Positions 1 to 13,600 of a DNA stretch of 64,000 nucleotides are shown piece after piece. This DNA comes from Octopus vulgaris. Lineage: Eukaryota. Every line of letters begins with the position of its first letter. Positions within the stretch are counted from its first letter, which is position 1. The stretch covers positions 3,968,001 to 4,032,000 of the forward strand of contig OX597820.1 of the NCBI GenBank assembly GCA_951406725.2, given 5' to 3'. The notes under the pieces are model-generated. The model made no database searches. It was not told the origin of the DNA and saw only the letters and a program-made list of their open reading frames with translations. The translations under genes and the position numbers were made by a program.

Positions 1-116
1 CGGCACTGGTAACACATCTGCAATTTCCATTGATCGATTTCGATTCTGATCCTCACTTGCCTCAACAGGTCTTCACAAGTAAAGTTTTGTGTCCCAAGAA
101 GGGAAGGTATGCATAC
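1..116 (-). mobile_element. RTE LINE 3' UTR fragment (same family as 43438-45752)
   Basis: Reverse complement of about 44990-45105. Confidence 0.8.
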
Positions 117-1781
117 TTTATATATTTATAGACATAACATTGCATTATATATTAATATCTAAATTGAAGAATTCTAACAAATATCCCAAAAGCCAGAATT
201 GACAAATTGCTTTATAACCAAACAAAATGACCCTATAAAAGCTTTTTTGGACCCTTTAGATTAAAAAAAAAAAAAGATGTATATCCCTGTTTTGTAAGTA
301 TGAAATACCTGTAGATTTAAGTATACGATCAGATCCATTTCTGAAGGTATATATATTTTTCTGATTGTACATGTAGACAATCTTAACACCCCTGGATTGG
401 GGACACGAGATTGCTGTATATATTGTCCAACCCATGCCAGCATGGAAAGCGGACGTTAAACGATGATGATATATATACACACACACACACACACGTGTGT
501 ATATGAATATGTATGTATGTAGGTTATACCTTTCCATTGCCAGTATACACACACACACACATAAGAATCTATGGACTTATTCTCTGCGAGTGTGTAGATT
601 CAAAGTGGCAAATACTCAATTTATAATTTCTACACAGAAGGATTTAAAACGTAGAATATATTCTAATTGGGAAAATATGTAGGTGAGAGAAAATCTTTTA
701 CCATGTGTATTTGCTTGTGTGTGTATATGTATGTATATCTAGCTAAGTACACATGTAATTCAGTATATGTTTTTATAAATGTTTATTCTATCTCAAAACG
801 TATATGTATGCAGATCTGTATGGTTATATGACTATATGTATATATAAAATATACATCTGAATGTCCAACCAGTTATACAAGTTAGAAATTATATAATTTT
901 TAAAAAATGTGTGTGTGGGTATATATGTGTATATATATATATATATAAAGATGTGTATGTAAGAATGTACACACATGTATGGGTGTGTGTGTGTACCTAT
1001 TTCTATATCAGTGTGTATATGTATTTACATATGTACACGTAAATCTTTGCACATCTTTGCAAGTATAAATACATTAGTTTTAGAATATCCAAGTATTTCA
1101 ATTGTTGCCTCCCCAACATTAATAATGATCTCACACCATCTTTTATTATTATTATTTCCATTTCCTCTCTATAAAAATCAAATAAAAACACTTATTTTCG
1201 CCAAACATCAACAAAACTTTTCTTATATACAAAACAGCACAATACCTGATTTTATAGACTATTAATATTTATTCTATACAAGACAATCACGTAAGTAGTT
1301 GCTTTTTATACACCTTTACTCATATCGTATATCTTTTGTAAAGTTCTTATAAATAAATCAAGATCTGGTTACATAATTACGACATAGAACAACGATTTTT
1401 GTCTATGAATTATTGACCTGTTATTCATAGAAAAAAAACTCTCCTTCCCACATCCTGGTACCAACAACCTATTTACTGAAAATCTTAGACGAAATGAGAG
1501 TTGATGGTTGGGAAATATTAAATACGAATCTGAAATAACAGATGGCTCCTTATTTGCTAATTCCCCAAAGTACATACACATACAGGTTGACCAGTAAAAA
1601 GGAGTTTTAAATAGAGATATATATTGGATTTCACAGACAGGAGAACAATTTAAATCTTAGATGTATTAACACCCAAGTCCTATTGTATTTTAGTTTGGAT
1701 TCAAATAAGCGTGACTGCTAGAATGAACATAAAAATCCCTTAAAAATGATAGCTAAGAAAAAAAAACTACGTATATTTTAA

Positions 1782-2003
1782 CCCTTTCGTTGCTGTATTT
1801 ATTTTCAGATGCTCTGTGTTTCTTCCAATTATTTTAAATATAACAAAAGAATTTAGTAAAATAACATCATTATAATTAAGCTAGTTTTAGGAACATAAAT
1901 TGTGACTAAGGTTTGGTGGAAGATTTTAATTCAGAACTTTTGAAAACCAGGCATTTGTATTAAAGAGCCAGAGCCGGTTTCAGCCAGGTTTGTAACAAAA
2001 GGG
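1782..2003. mobile_element. TTAA-flanked piggyBac-type MITE (duplicate copy at 5252..5473)
   Basis: TTAA|CCCTTTCGTTGC ... GTAACAAAAGGG|TTAA terminal inverted repeats. Confidence 0.75.
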
Positions 2004-2384
2004 TTAAATGTCTTTTTATTTTCCTTTAAATATTACCAACTGAAGAATACGATGTTCTATTTATGAATATCTGGGTCCATTTGTAAGAAACAATTGTATA
2101 GGAATATGAAAATAAAAACTAACATCCATTCTCCTTCATTTTATAAATATGAATGAATTTGTTGAACTTCATTTAATAAGTCATATACTGATTATTTAGA
2201 TACAAGCTTTCATACTTATACGATTTTTGTAAAAAAAAAAATTCAAAAGTAAAATATGAAGAAATCTAAGGAAAAAATTCCAGTTAAAGGACAAACTTAC
2301 ATTCATATGCTTATATATATATATAAAGCTTAGGGACCCTTTCATATGGTCAGAGATTTAGGGACATCCTAATTGAGAAATTTT

Positions 2385-2829
2385 GATTGGCACGAGTGCC
2401 ACTGGAACGTTAAAAACACATTTGAATGCAATCGTTGCCAGGGCCACAGAGTGGCTGCCGTGCTGGTGGCACATAAAAACCACCATTCAAGCGTAATTGT
2501 TGCCAGTGTCGCATTACCGGGGACATGTGAATAACAACATTCGAGCGTGGTTGTTGCTTGTGCCGCTGGACTGGCTCCTGTGCAGGTAGCACATAAAAAA
2601 CACCTTTTGAGTGTGGTCATTGCCGGAACTGCCTGACAAGCCCGTGCCGGTGGCATGTAAAAAGCACCCACAACACTCTTGGAGTGGTTGGCGTTAGGAA
2701 GGGCATCCAGCTGTAGAAACTGCCAGATCAAGATTGGAGCCTGGTGCCGCCATCTGGCTCATCAGTCCTCAGTCAAACATCCAACCCATGCTAGCAGGGA
2801 AAGCGGATGTTGAACGATGATGATGATGA
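2385..2829 (+). mobile_element. RTE-type 3' tail element ending in (GAT)n (duplicate at about 5837..6281)
   Basis: GTGGCACATAAAAA subrepeats, GGAGTGGTTGGCGTTAGGAAGGGCATCCAG core, GAT tail shared with the RTE at 43.4-45.7 kb. Confidence 0.8.
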
Positions 2830-3719
2830 GAGGGAGGAACAGCTGGAATTCCTGCGGGAGAGCTTGCAGAGTGCCACAGACCAACTCTGTGGTTGGTGCA
2901 AAGTCCCTTCCAGACCCAGGGTAACATAGTGATAGAAGAATACCGTAGACAGGGCCATTAGAGCAATAAGCTTGGAAGAGTGGGGCAGCAGGGAACTATC
3001 AGATAGCTAGGAGACAGATATACCTAGTGAAGGGAGTAGCAGAAAAGAAAAGTTTACCTATATTCAGTGACGGGAGGACCAAAGAATTCAAGTGTTTCGG
3101 ATTGCAAGACAGTGTGCGAGAGAAAATTGTGATGTCATAGGAGAGAGATGTGTCCGGATGGATGATGGTTCACTTGCATTTAATTATTCTGCAAAGAAAA
3201 AGACTTGGAGATGCCATTATGAAAGACTGCTGAATGGGAAGAGGAGAGTCTGCCAAATGTTGACCCAATCGAGGGACCAGCTATCTGAAATGACAGTACC
3301 TTGGTAGATAAAGCAATGAAGGATATGAAGACAGAGAAAGTCCCCAGCCCTTCTGGTATCACTGATGAGATGCTTAAAATATCTGGTGGTGTGGGTTATG
3401 GTCTAGTCACCTGTATTATAAATTAGGTGGTTCGTGAAGGAGTCATACCCAATGACTGGTGTAGCAGCAGCACCTTAGTCAACTGCTACAAAGGTAAAGG
3501 TGATGCCTTAGATAGAAATAATTACAGAGGCATCAAATTGTTGGATCAGGTGATGAAAGTTGCAGAGAGAGTCATAACCCAACTAATTAGGGAGAGAGTC
3601 TGCTTAGATGAGATGCAGTTTGGTTTTGTGCCAGGGAGATGTACCACTGATGCTGTATTTCTAATAAGGCAAATGCAGGAGAAATACCTGGCCAAGGATA
3701 AACCTTTGCACTTGGCTAG
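2830..3719 (+). mobile_element. Degenerate RTE LINE reverse-transcriptase fragment
   Basis: IPNDW...[19 protein letters not shown]...QFGFVPGRCTTDAVF motif, with frameshifts upstream. Confidence 0.88.
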
Positions 3720-6281
3720 TGACTGAAACTTNNNNNNNNNNNNNNNNNNNNNNNNNNNNNNNNNNNNNNNNNNNNNNNNNNNNNNNNNNNNNNNNNNNNN
3801 NNNNNNNNNNNNNNNNNNNNNNNNNNNNNNNTGATTGTACATGTAGACAATCTTAACACCCCTGGATTGGGGACACGAGATTGCTGTATATATTGTCCAA
3901 CCCATGCCAGCATGGAAAGCGGACGTTAAACGATGATGATATATATACACACACACACACACACGTGTGTATATGAATATGTATGTATGTAGGTTATACC
4001 TTTCCATTGCCAGTATACACACACACACACATAAGAATCTATGGACTTATTCTCTGCGAGTGTGTAGATTCAAAGTGGCAAATACTCAATTTATAATTTC
4101 TACACAGAAGGATTTAAAACGTAGAATATATTCTAATTGGGAAAATATGTAGGTGAGAGAAAATCTTTTACCATGTGTATTTGCTTGTGTGTGTATATGT
4201 ATGTATATCTAGCTAAGTACACATGTAATTCAGTATATGTTTTTATAAATGTTTATTCTATCTCAAAACGTATATGTATGCAGATCTGTATGGTTATATG
4301 ACTATATGTATATATAAAATATACATCTGAATGTCCAACCAGTTATACAAGTTAGAAATTATATAATTTTTAAAAAATGTGTGTGTGGGTATATATGTGT
4401 ATATATATATATATATAAAGATGTGTATGTAAGAATGTACACACATGTATGGGTGTGTGTGTGTACCTATTTCTATATCAGTGTGTATATGTATTTACAT
4501 ATGTACACGTAAATCTTTGCACATCTTTGCAAGTATAAATACATTAGTTTTAGAATATCCAAGTATTTCAATTGTTGCCTCCCCAACATTAATAATGATC
4601 TCACACCATCTTTTATTATTATTATTTCCATTTCCTCTCTATAAAAATCAAATAAAAACACTTATTTTCGCCAAACATCAACAAAACTTTTCTTATATAC
4701 AAAACAGCACAATACCTGATTTTATAGACTATTAATATTTATTCTATACAAGACAATCACGTAAGTAGTTGCTTTTTATACACCTTTACTCATATCGTAT
4801 ATCTTTTGTAAAGTTCTTATAAATAAATCAAGATCTGGTTACATAATTACGACATAGAACAACGATTTTTGTCTATGAATTATTGACCTGTTATTCATAG
4901 AAAAAAAACTCTCCTTCCCACATCCTGGTACCAACAACCTATTTACTGAAAATCTTAGACGAAATGAGAGTTGATGGTTGGGAAATATTAAATACGAATC
5001 TGAAATAACAGATGGCTCCTTATTTGCTAATTCCCCAAAGTACATACACATACAGGTTGACCAGTAAAAAGGAGTTTTAAATAGAGATATATATTGGATT
5101 TCACAGACAGGAGAACAATTTAAATCTTAGATGTATTAACACCCAAGTCCTATTGTATTTTAGTTTGGATTCAAATAAGCGTGACTGCTAGAATGAACAT
5201 AAAAATCCCTTAAAAATGATAGCTAAGAAAAAAAAACTACGTATATTTTAACCCTTTCGTTGCTGTATTTATTTTCAGATGCTCTGTGTTTCTTCCAATT
5301 ATTTTAAATATAACAAAAGAATTTAGTAAAATAACATCATTATAATTAAGCTAGTTTTAGGAACATAAATTGTGACTAAGGTTTGGTGGAAGATTTTAAT
5401 TCAGAACTTTTGAAAACCAGGCATTTGTATTAAAGAGCCAGAGCCGGTTTCAGCCAGGTTTGTAACAAAAGGGTTAAATGTCTTTTTATTTTCCTTTAAA
5501 TATTACCAACTGAAGAATACGATGTTCTATTTATGAATATCTGGGTCCATTTGTAAGAAACAATTGTATAGGAATATGAAAATAAAAACTAACATCCATT
5601 CTCCTTCATTTTATAAATATGAATGAATTTGTTGAACTTCATTTAATAAGTCATATACTGATTATTTAGATACAAGCTTTCATACTTATACGATTTTTGT
5701 AAAAAAAAAAAATTCAAAAGTAAAATATGAAGAAATCTAAGGAAAAAATTCCAGTTAAAAGGATAAACTTACATTCATATGCTTAAGGACCCTTCATATG
5801 GTCAGAGATTTAGGGACATCCTAATTGAGAAATTTTGATTGGCACGAGTGCCACTGGAACGTTAAAAACACATTTGAATGCAATCGTTGCCAGGGCCACA
5901 GAGTGGCTGCCGTGCTGGTGGCACATAAAAACCACCATTCAAGCGTAATTGTTGCCAGTGTCGCATTACCGGGGACATGTGAATAACAACATTCGAGCGT
6001 GGTTGTTGCTTGTGCCGCTGGACTGGCTCCTGTGCAGGTAGCACATAAAAAACACCTTTTGAGTGTGGTCATTGCCGGAACTGCCTGACAAGCCCGTGCC
6101 GGTGGCATGTAAAAAGCACCCACAACACTCTTGGAGTGGTTGGCGTTAGGAAGGGCATCCAGCTGTAGAAACTGCCAGATCAAGATTGGAGCCTGGTGCC
6201 GCCATCTGGCTCATCAGTCCTCAGTCAAACATCCAACCCATGCTAGCAGGGAAAGCGGATGTTGAACGATGATGATGATGA

Positions 6282-7607
6282 GAGGGAGGAACAGCTGGAA
6301 TTCCTGCGGGAGAGCTTGCAGAGTGCCACAGACCAACTCTGTGGTTGGTGCAAAGTCCCTTCCAGACCCAGGGTAACATAGTGATAGAAGAATACCGTAG
6401 ACAGGGCCATTAGAGCAATAAGCTTGGAAGAGTGGGGCAGCAGGGAACTATCAGATAGCTAGGAGACAGATATACCTAGTGAAGGGAGTAGCAGAAAAGA
6501 AAAAGTTTACCTATATTCAGTGACAGGAGGACCAAAGAATTCAAGTGTTTCGGATTGCAAGACAGTGTGCGAGAAAAAATTGTGATGTCATAGGAGAGAG
6601 ATGTGTCCGGATGGATGATGGTTCACTTGCATTTAATTATTCTGCAAAGAAAAAGACTTGGAGATGCCATTATGAAAGACTGCTGAATGGGAAGAGGAGA
6701 GTCTGCCAAATGTTGACCCAATCGAGGGACCAGCTATCTGAAATGACAGTACCTTGGTAGATAAAGCAATGAAGGATATGAAGACAGAGAAAGTCCCCAG
6801 CCCTTCTGGTATCACTGATGAGATGCTTAAAATATCTGGTGGTGTGGGTTATGGTCTAGTCACCTGTATTATAAATTAGGTGGTTCGTGAAGGAGTCATA
6901 CCCAATGACTGGTGTAGCAGCAGCACCTTAGTCAACTGCTACAAAGGTAAAGGTGATGCCTTAGATAGAAATAATTACAGAGGCATCAAATTGTTGGATC
7001 AGGTGATGAAAGTTGCAGAGAGAGTCATAACCCAACTAATTAGGGAGAGAGTCTGCTTAGATGAGATGCAGTTTGGTTTTGTGCCAGGGAGATGTACCAC
7101 TGATGCTGTATTTCTAATAAGGCAAATGCAGGAGAAATACCTGGCCAAGGATAAACCTTTGCACTTGGCTAGTGACTGAAACTTTTGGCAATGTGCTCTG
7201 CTTGAGAGGAGCCGTCAAGCCAAGTGCTACTATGCTGGTGGCATGTAAAAGAAAAATCAACTTTTGAACATTGGGCCTCATGGAAGCAAAGTGGCTGAGT
7301 ATCTTTCGAGCATTGGGCCTGACGGATGCGAGGTGGCTGAGTTCCTTTTGAGTGTTGGGTCTCATGCAGGCAATGACGAAGACCTTTGGCATTATGTCGT
7401 GCTTGAGTAGAAGACTCATCAAGCCGAGCAAAGTCGCAGTCGTGGCAGATACTGGTGTCACGCAAATAGTACCTGTGCCGATGGCACGTAAAAGCACCCA
7501 CAACACTCTTGGAGTGGTTGGCATTAGGAAGGGCTGTAGAAATGACTGGATGCTGGCGCAGCCTTCCAGTGTGCCAGCAAGGACAATGGATGTTTGATGA
7601 TGATGAT
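6282..7607 (+). mobile_element. Degenerate RTE LINE: RT fragment joined to 3' UTR and (GAT)n tail
   Basis: Same RT fragment as 2830-3719, then UTR with ~40-bp subrepeats and GAT tail. Confidence 0.85.
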
Positions 7608-7967
7608 ATATATAACGTGTGAGACCAGTACTTGACAACTGGTGATGGTTTGTTTATGTTCCTGTAACTTAGCAGTTTGGCAAAAAGATATCAATAGAAA
7701 TATGTACTGGGATGAAATTAAAATAATAATCCAAATGTTTCAAATTATTCGCTTCACTGATTTAGTAAAAAACTTTGAATAACAATAATTTGAACCCGTT
7801 TATTTCTAAAATACCCATATTTTCTAATTGTCTTAAATTGTTGCTCACACTGAAATCGCCCGACTAAAAACCTCATTTCACGTGGCTATGATGATGATGA
7901 AGTCTAAAAGATCGATCACTATCTGCCTCATCCAGAAACAGATGTTCAAATCCCTCGCCAACTAATC

Positions 7968-8295
7968 CAGTGGTTCCCAACCTTTTCACTATCAAGGACC
8001 TCTTTTATGTAAATGAGTTTTCCCATGGACACCAGGCCCGAAATTTTTGGGGAGGGAGACAGTCGAATAGATCAACCCCACTATGCAACTGGTACTTATT
8101 TCATCAACTCCGAAAGGATGAAAGCCAAAGTCGACCCCAGCGGAATTTGAACTCAGAACGTAACGACAGGCGAAATACCGATAAGCATTTGTTTCTGCCA
8201 GCTTGCTGCCTTGGACCCCTGGATATTGAAAGCTCTGTCTGCCTAACATGTTCACAGACCCCCAAGGATCTGCCGACCACAGGTCGGGAACCACT
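7968..8295. mobile_element. hAT-like MITE with a tRNA SINE inserted (about 8030-8210, minus)
   Basis: CAGTGGTTCCCAACC ... GGTCGGGAACCACT inverted ends. Confidence 0.6.
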
Positions 8296-9681
8296 CAACG
8301 AAATGCTTAAATTAACTTAAAGATTCTAAAATATTTCTTAATTACCTCCCCTTTTCTATGAAGGTCATAGTTTGTACTTTTTACTTGCTTCAGGCATTAA
8401 ACTGGCCATGCTGGAGCACTACTTTTAGTCAAATGAGTTGACTTTTTCTTTAAAGCCTGCTATTTATCCCGTTGGCCATTTCTGGACTGCATCCATCGAA
8501 ACACATGTAGAAGACTTCGAGATATAAATGGTTCAACAACATCCTGAGCGTTCTCGTCTCTCTATTTATACTTACACAACTAGGCTTCTTTCAGTTTCCG
8601 TCTGCCAAATCCACTCACAAGGCTTTGGTCAGCCTGAGGCTATAGTAGACGACACTTGCCTAAGGTGCTACACGTTGGGATTGAACCTGGAACCTTGTGG
8701 TTGGGAAGCAGACTTCTTACCACACAGCTGCACTTGTGCCTATAATTACCAAGTTCTTGTTAAGCAAGAAGGAATTCTCAAGACCTCTTTCATGCTTAGT
8801 AACATCTAAGTTTATGCCATTAGCTTTTTGCATTATTTCTGTCGATTTTGTATTAAAAAATCAAATGCTAAATTTTAATGAAACTAATAAATGAGACCTG
8901 ACTACTCAGCAGTTTTCTAAAACCAAATGGCAGAGTCCACATTGAAAACATTCATCTTTTAAATAATAAATGACAAAATACTTAAAATCAGAATCTAGTG
9001 ACAAAGTTATGAATTGTGTCCTGTGAAGTGACTCCCCCCCCCCCCCACCCCGCCTTCTTTATGCTCATGTAATAGAAATGTTTGTCTTTGAAAAACGAAA
9101 GGGCACATCTGGAATATTTAGAATTGAGGGTTTGCTAAACTACAGCTATGGTTCTTGCTGTTAAATATCGCTCAGTTGCTGCTAGGAAGGTTCATGCAAT
9201 TCTCTTCTGAAGCTGCCAAATTAAAAGGTTGCAGAGAATTTAGTTAGCAATTCCAAAAGAATGTTCTAGCAATGTGCTATTTTCTCACAAAATTTCTATA
9301 TAATGATAGCAGATAGAGGTAGAGAGAGATAATATAAGAAACGCAGAATAAATGCACATACTAGGCTTGGTGGCAGGTAAGTGTTAGTTAGTTTGTTTTT
9401 TTTTCCTCCTCTTTGCTTGTTTCTTATTCTTTTTTTTTGTCTTTTACTTTCTTTGTCATCTCCTGTGATAATTAACACACCTACCGTACCGACCTGGACA
9501 TCTTAAAAAAATTCCCAGTTCTTCTCACCATCTGTAAAGAATCCAGCCAGAAATATTCGTTTCCGCTTCATCTTATCCCACAAATTACACAAATCTAAGT
9601 GAAATAAAATCAGTTTTTACATCAATTATGTGCAGAGATTGTTCTAAATGATGAAATATTCAATTAGCCATTAATTTATAA

Positions 9682-9720
9682 TTTATTCATTGTTTTTTGT
9701 CTTTTTACAGTTTCTTTATT
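9682..9720 (-). terminator. Candidate IPP polyadenylation signals (AATAAA x2)
   Basis: tttatt on the plus strand at 9682 and 9715, about 0.7 kb past the stop codon; not verifiable without RNA data. Confidence 0.35.
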
Positions 9721-10439
9721 CTTAAACATCATTGACATTATGATCAGCTATCTTGGAAGGAATGTACAATGTCTGTGTGTCCATGTTTATGAAATAAAGT
9801 ATTTGTTTATTTGGAACACCTGGTCTTTTGTACCTGGTCATTGGAATGTTTTGATCACAGTAAAACTTCTACAGAAAAACACAAGACGGTAACCACACCA
9901 GTCGTTGAAAGGAGACTCTATATGATTGCTCAACCTGCGAGAAGTAGCAGCTAAATCTTCCTCAATACACATTATACCATCTTAGGAAAAAAAAAGAGGG
10001 GGGACACATTGAATAAGTTTTTAAAAAATCCCCCCAAAAGACAATAGTCGGAGCTGATGCTGGGCTAAAAATAACTTGAAATATATTTCAGCTCCATCGT
10101 TAATTATATTAATTCTTATAAAATCTTTTGATTACGTTGCAGCATGATGTTTTAATTAATCCTATTTAATCTTTGACTGTATTTCCTACTTTGTTATTGC
10201 TTGTCTTGTCGGATTCTCCATTCAGCAGAGCAGGAAGAGATCGGGATTATCTCCAGCGGACATTGGTGAGTTGGTGACAGAACACAGACTAACTTGACTA
10301 AGAAACCTATTTAGTCAAAGTAACTCCTTGCATTTCCTTTCAAAATGTAGAAGAAATATGATCAGATTGTGGCCATGGCCCTTGACGGCCCTCTGACACC
10401 AGTGAGATCGAGACACCAAATGGAAAGCCCTCCTCTACA

Positions 10440-10679
10440 TCACAAAAGAACTGCAATGCCTGTATCACAACGACCGGTCCTCATCGAAGGACCCGCTGTC
10501 CATTTGTTTGTTTGCGGATTGTAACATTCTGAAGTGTAATGAGTTGTGGGTGCCATATACTGACCAATGAGGCCCTTTTCTGTAAACCAGCCACCAAAAA
10601 CATAAATGATGTTGTCAACAGTAACCACACTGGCGCCAGCTCGGTTGGACAGCATCGGTGGGATAATGCTCCAGCTGTC
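10440..10679 (-). CDS. IPP: IPP coding exon 5 (last Kelch repeat, TGA stop)
   Basis: DSWSIIPPMLSNRAGASVVTVDNIIYVFGG...GRCDTGIAVLL*; TTCCAG| acceptor, phase 0. Confidence 0.93.
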   Translation of the reverse strand, partial: DSWSIIPPMLSNRAGASVVTVDNIIYVFGGWFTEKGLIGQYMAPTTHYTSECYNPQTNKWTAGPSMRTGRCDTGIAVLL

Positions 10680-13600
10680 CTGGAAGAATGCAAAATAGAA
10701 ATGAAATGAAAAATAGTTTAATTCAGTAATGAAAATATTTTGAAATCATCATTCATCATCATCAGTTAACGTCCGCTTTCTATGCTAGCATGGGTCGGAC
10801 GGTTCAACTGGGGTCTGGCGAACCAGACTCCAATCTTGATCTGGCAGAGTTTCTACAGCTGGATGCCCTTCCTAATGCCAACCACTCTGAGAGTAGTGGG
10901 TGCTTTTACGTGCCACCAGCACGAGGGCCAGCTTGGTGGTACTGGCAACATCCACGCCCAAATGGTGCTTTTTACGTGCCACCTGCACAGGAGCCAGTCC
11001 AGCAGCACTGGCGACGACCTCACTCGAATGTTTCACATGCCACCAGCACAAGTGCTTGTAAGGCGATGTGGTAATGATCATGCTCGAATGGTGTGCTTAT
11101 AAAGAGTAAAAAGATATAATGTTTTAAATAGTCACGAAGAGAAGTTAGTTAAGAAAAATAGAACAGCTCTCGTAGTGACTTTTAACCTGAGCAATAGTGG
11201 CCTCTTGGAGGTACTGTTGATAAGGGATGGCCATGAAGACGGAGCATTGGTTGTTTAGAGATGTGACTTTTTTTTTTTTAATAAAATATTGAAACCAGGT
11301 ACAATATCTATAATATTAAACATTTAAAATAAAATAATCAAAATCACTGACGTGGCCGATGACCGTACCACCTGATTGGTACTTGTACCAGTGGAACGTT
11401 AAAAGCACATCTGAACGTGATAGTTACCAGGGCCACAGATTGGCACCCATGCTGGTGGCACGTAAAAAGTATCATTCGGGCAGGATCGTTGCTAGCGTCA
11501 CTTTACTGGCACATGTGAATAACAACATTCGAACGTGGTCATTGCCAGTACCACTGGATTGGCTCCTGTGCAGGTAGCACATAAAAATACCTTTTGAGGG
11601 TCATTGCCAGAACCGCCTGACTGGCCCTCATGCCGGTGGCACGTAAAAGCACCCACTACACTCACTGAGTGGTTGGCGTTAGGAAAGGCATCCAGCTGTA
11701 GAAACTCTGCCAGATCAGATTGGAGCCTGGTGCAGCCATCTGGTTTGCCAGTCCTCAGTCAAACCTTCCAATCCATGCTAGTCTGGAAAGCGGACATTAA
11801 ACGAAGATGATGATGATGAGATTAACAAAAAGAGTAGGATATTGTGTTATCAATGACAATGCACCAAGGTCCAATGTAATTTTATAATATACGCTGTGTC
11901 ACCCCCAATAGTAATTTCCTTAAAAATTTAACCTTAGTGGCACTAGTTCATGCAAATAATGATATAAGGAAATATGGATATTAAACCATGGCACAAATTT
12001 AGTTTCTGTTTGATATAATCCCCCACCACCACCAAATATGGAAGGTTGAGAGGATATGAGGGTATTTGTAGAATAGGATTCTGTAAAAGGGAGTGCTGAG
12101 CTACAAATTGAGATTTATAGGGATGCAGACAGATGAGTAAAGTGGAATAGAATAAATGGGAAAGAAGCAGGCCAAAAGGGAAGAACGAAAGGAATTAGAG
12201 AAAGTTCATTGTTTGTTGAGATGAGAAAAGAAAAAAAAGATGGAGAAGTTGGCAAAGCATTGATGAGGGGATGAAGTGTTTGTAAGAATATAATTAGCAG
12301 CCTTTAAAGAAAATGTGCAAGTCTACACCACTTCATACTTTGCAGAGAGCACGAAGACAGATGTTGCCAAGATGACATTGGTCAACGAAGTAGCAACAGG
12401 CAGGGAGCCTCCATAGCATCTCGGAGGGTGGGAAAGAATCAATGGAATACATCACTGCCCAGTGTTTGCCTGCGATTTATTTTATATTAATCTCGTGAAG
12501 GTGAAAGACAAAGTGGACCGTGGACAGATTCACGTTCAGAATATCAAACTGAACACTTGCAAGCATTTTGGTTTAATACTCTACAAATTCTACCAATATA
12601 AAAGGAACAGCTAATAAGTCTATCCTTGTTTATCACGGGGAGGGGGTGGGGTGCAGTGATAAATGAATCATCTCTAAGCACTTTGGACATAGAATGAATG
12701 GTAGGTTCATTGACATCAAACTCCTGACCCACAACAGCAAGGCTTCTACCTTCCCCATTTTCTCTACCCTTTTCTGTTGACAGAACATTTATTTGCATGG
12801 TTTGTTAGGGTCAGCCACCTTCATCTTTATCCTGTTCACTGGCCCCATGTTAAGGGATACAACAAATACATAAATCCATATAAAAAACACATGGAACATG
12901 CCGCATTATGATGTAAACATGGGCAGGTGAGCACTGTAGGTGGTTGTTGGGCCACGTTTTTGTGATAGAAACAGAATCTTAGGTGTAGGAGTGGCTGTGT
13001 GGTAAGTAGCTTGCTTACGAACCACATGGTTCCAGGTTCAGTCCCACTGCGTGGCACCTTGGGCAAGTGTCTTCTACTATAGCCTTTGGCTGATCAAACC
13101 CTTGAGTGGATTTGGTAGACGGAAACTGAAAGAAGCCCGTCGTATATATGTATATATATATATGTATGTGTGTATATGTTTGTGTGTTTGTGTTTGTCTC
13201 CCCCAACTTTGCTTGACAACCAATGCTGGTGTGCTTACATCCCCATAACTTAGCAGTTTGACAAAAGAGACCGATAGAATAAGTACTAGGCTTACAAAGA
13301 ATAAGTCCTGGGGTCGATTTGCTCAACTAAAGGCGGTGCTCCAGCATGGCCACAGTCAAATGACCGAAACAAGTAAAAGGTCGGCAATCGGTCAGTAAGA
13401 AGTGCAACACAATTCACAAATGAGCAAAACTTTGTTATCCCCGACCAAAGAATCAGAGATAAATAAGGAACAGAGATGCTGGATGAAGAAATACCATCAT
13501 TCCATACTTACGGTGTCAATACAATATTTTTCGACAACATCCAGGGCCCCTTCGTGTTCATTACAGCCACCAACCGCATAAATATAGTTATCAATGATGG

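Larger units (their letters stand above)
362..7184. repeat. Near-identical direct duplication (362..3731 vs 3832..7184) flanking a 100-N gap (3732..3831)
   Basis: Same ORFs recur at offset about 3470; only small indels and SNPs differ. Confidence 0.95.

Noticed and set aside
2369-2731. Recurrent ORFs with FLQLDALPNANHS...VVGAFY motif (also 10790, 19817, 39898, 45478, 46584)
   Set aside because: Antisense translation of the non-coding RTE 3' tail, not a gene family.
12980-13060. tRNA-like A/B boxes as tRNA genes (also other SINE heads)
   Set aside because: No complete cloverleaf; each continues into a SINE body.
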